Shown in pieces: positions 63,808-64,000 of a stretch of DNA of 64,000 nucleotides. Below the pieces are notes generated by a model, which saw nothing but the letters and a program-made list of their open reading frames with translations, had not been told where the DNA came from and searched no databases. The position numbers were made by a program, and so were the translations under genes. The DNA comes from Candidatus Peregrinibacteria bacterium (GTDB lineage: Bacteria > Patescibacteriota > Gracilibacteria > UBA1369), in assembly GCA_963708185.1 (NCBI GenBank), contig OY970195.1, positions 32,001 through 96,000 of the forward strand, read 5' to 3'. The stretch's first letter is position 1, and each line of letters begins with the position of its first letter.

Positions 63808-64000
63808 TTATTTTTTTTCTCTGACCACGGTGATGGAGCACTCGGTCACGAGCGCGGCCATGGCGCCGACGGCGGCGAACACGGGTACGAGCACGGTGAA
63901 GACCACGCCAACCGTGAGGGGGATTTCTATGATGGGTTTGCCGTTTTTGTCGCTGATGATGACCTTGCGGACATTGCCTTCGCGAATGAGTTCCTTGAGT
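63808..64000 (-). CDS. DUF4342 domain protein, 3' part; runs off window edge
   Basis: Manual translation KELIREGNVRKVII..EIPLTVGVV..AAVGAMAALVTECSITVVREKK*. Confidence 0.8.
   Translation of the reverse strand, partial: LKELIREGNVRKVIISDKNGKPIIEIPLTVGVVFTVLVPVFAAVGAMAALVTECSITVVREKK

Overview
Genomic window from a bacterium that is most likely Patescibacteria/CPR (Peregrinibacteria-like). The lineage call is an inference: no rpmD between rpsE and rplO, standard code 11, many orphan genes. About 42 kb is core information-processing genes on the minus strand: rpoB-ssb-rpoC-rpsL-rpsG, then fusA, tuf, the S10-spc-alpha ribosomal cluster, rplM-rpsI, trmD and a P-type ATPase. The str operon is broken up by inserted genes. 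From 42 to 59.6 kb come an SLH protein, an ABC exporter, serS, YqeG, SIMPL and a cluster of paralogous DUF3592-like membrane proteins and lipoproteins. The most unusual part is 59.7-63.5 kb. Two divergently oriented copies of a P4-less SAM-I-type riboswitch each sit 9 nt upstream of the same uncharacterised protein family, one copy intact at 132 aa and one truncated. Between them is an AT-rich mosaic: a perfect 28-bp inverted repeat, an MmeI-N/NucS-C chimera, a PD-(D/E)XK nuclease and a frameshifted dnaK 3' remnant. Other oddities are a histone-H1-like N-terminus plus acidic C-terminus on RpoB, K/A/P-rich tails on many ribosomal proteins, and hairpin-forming in-frame insertions in gnd, rpoC and hflX. 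All family assignments come from motif recognition only; no database searches were run.
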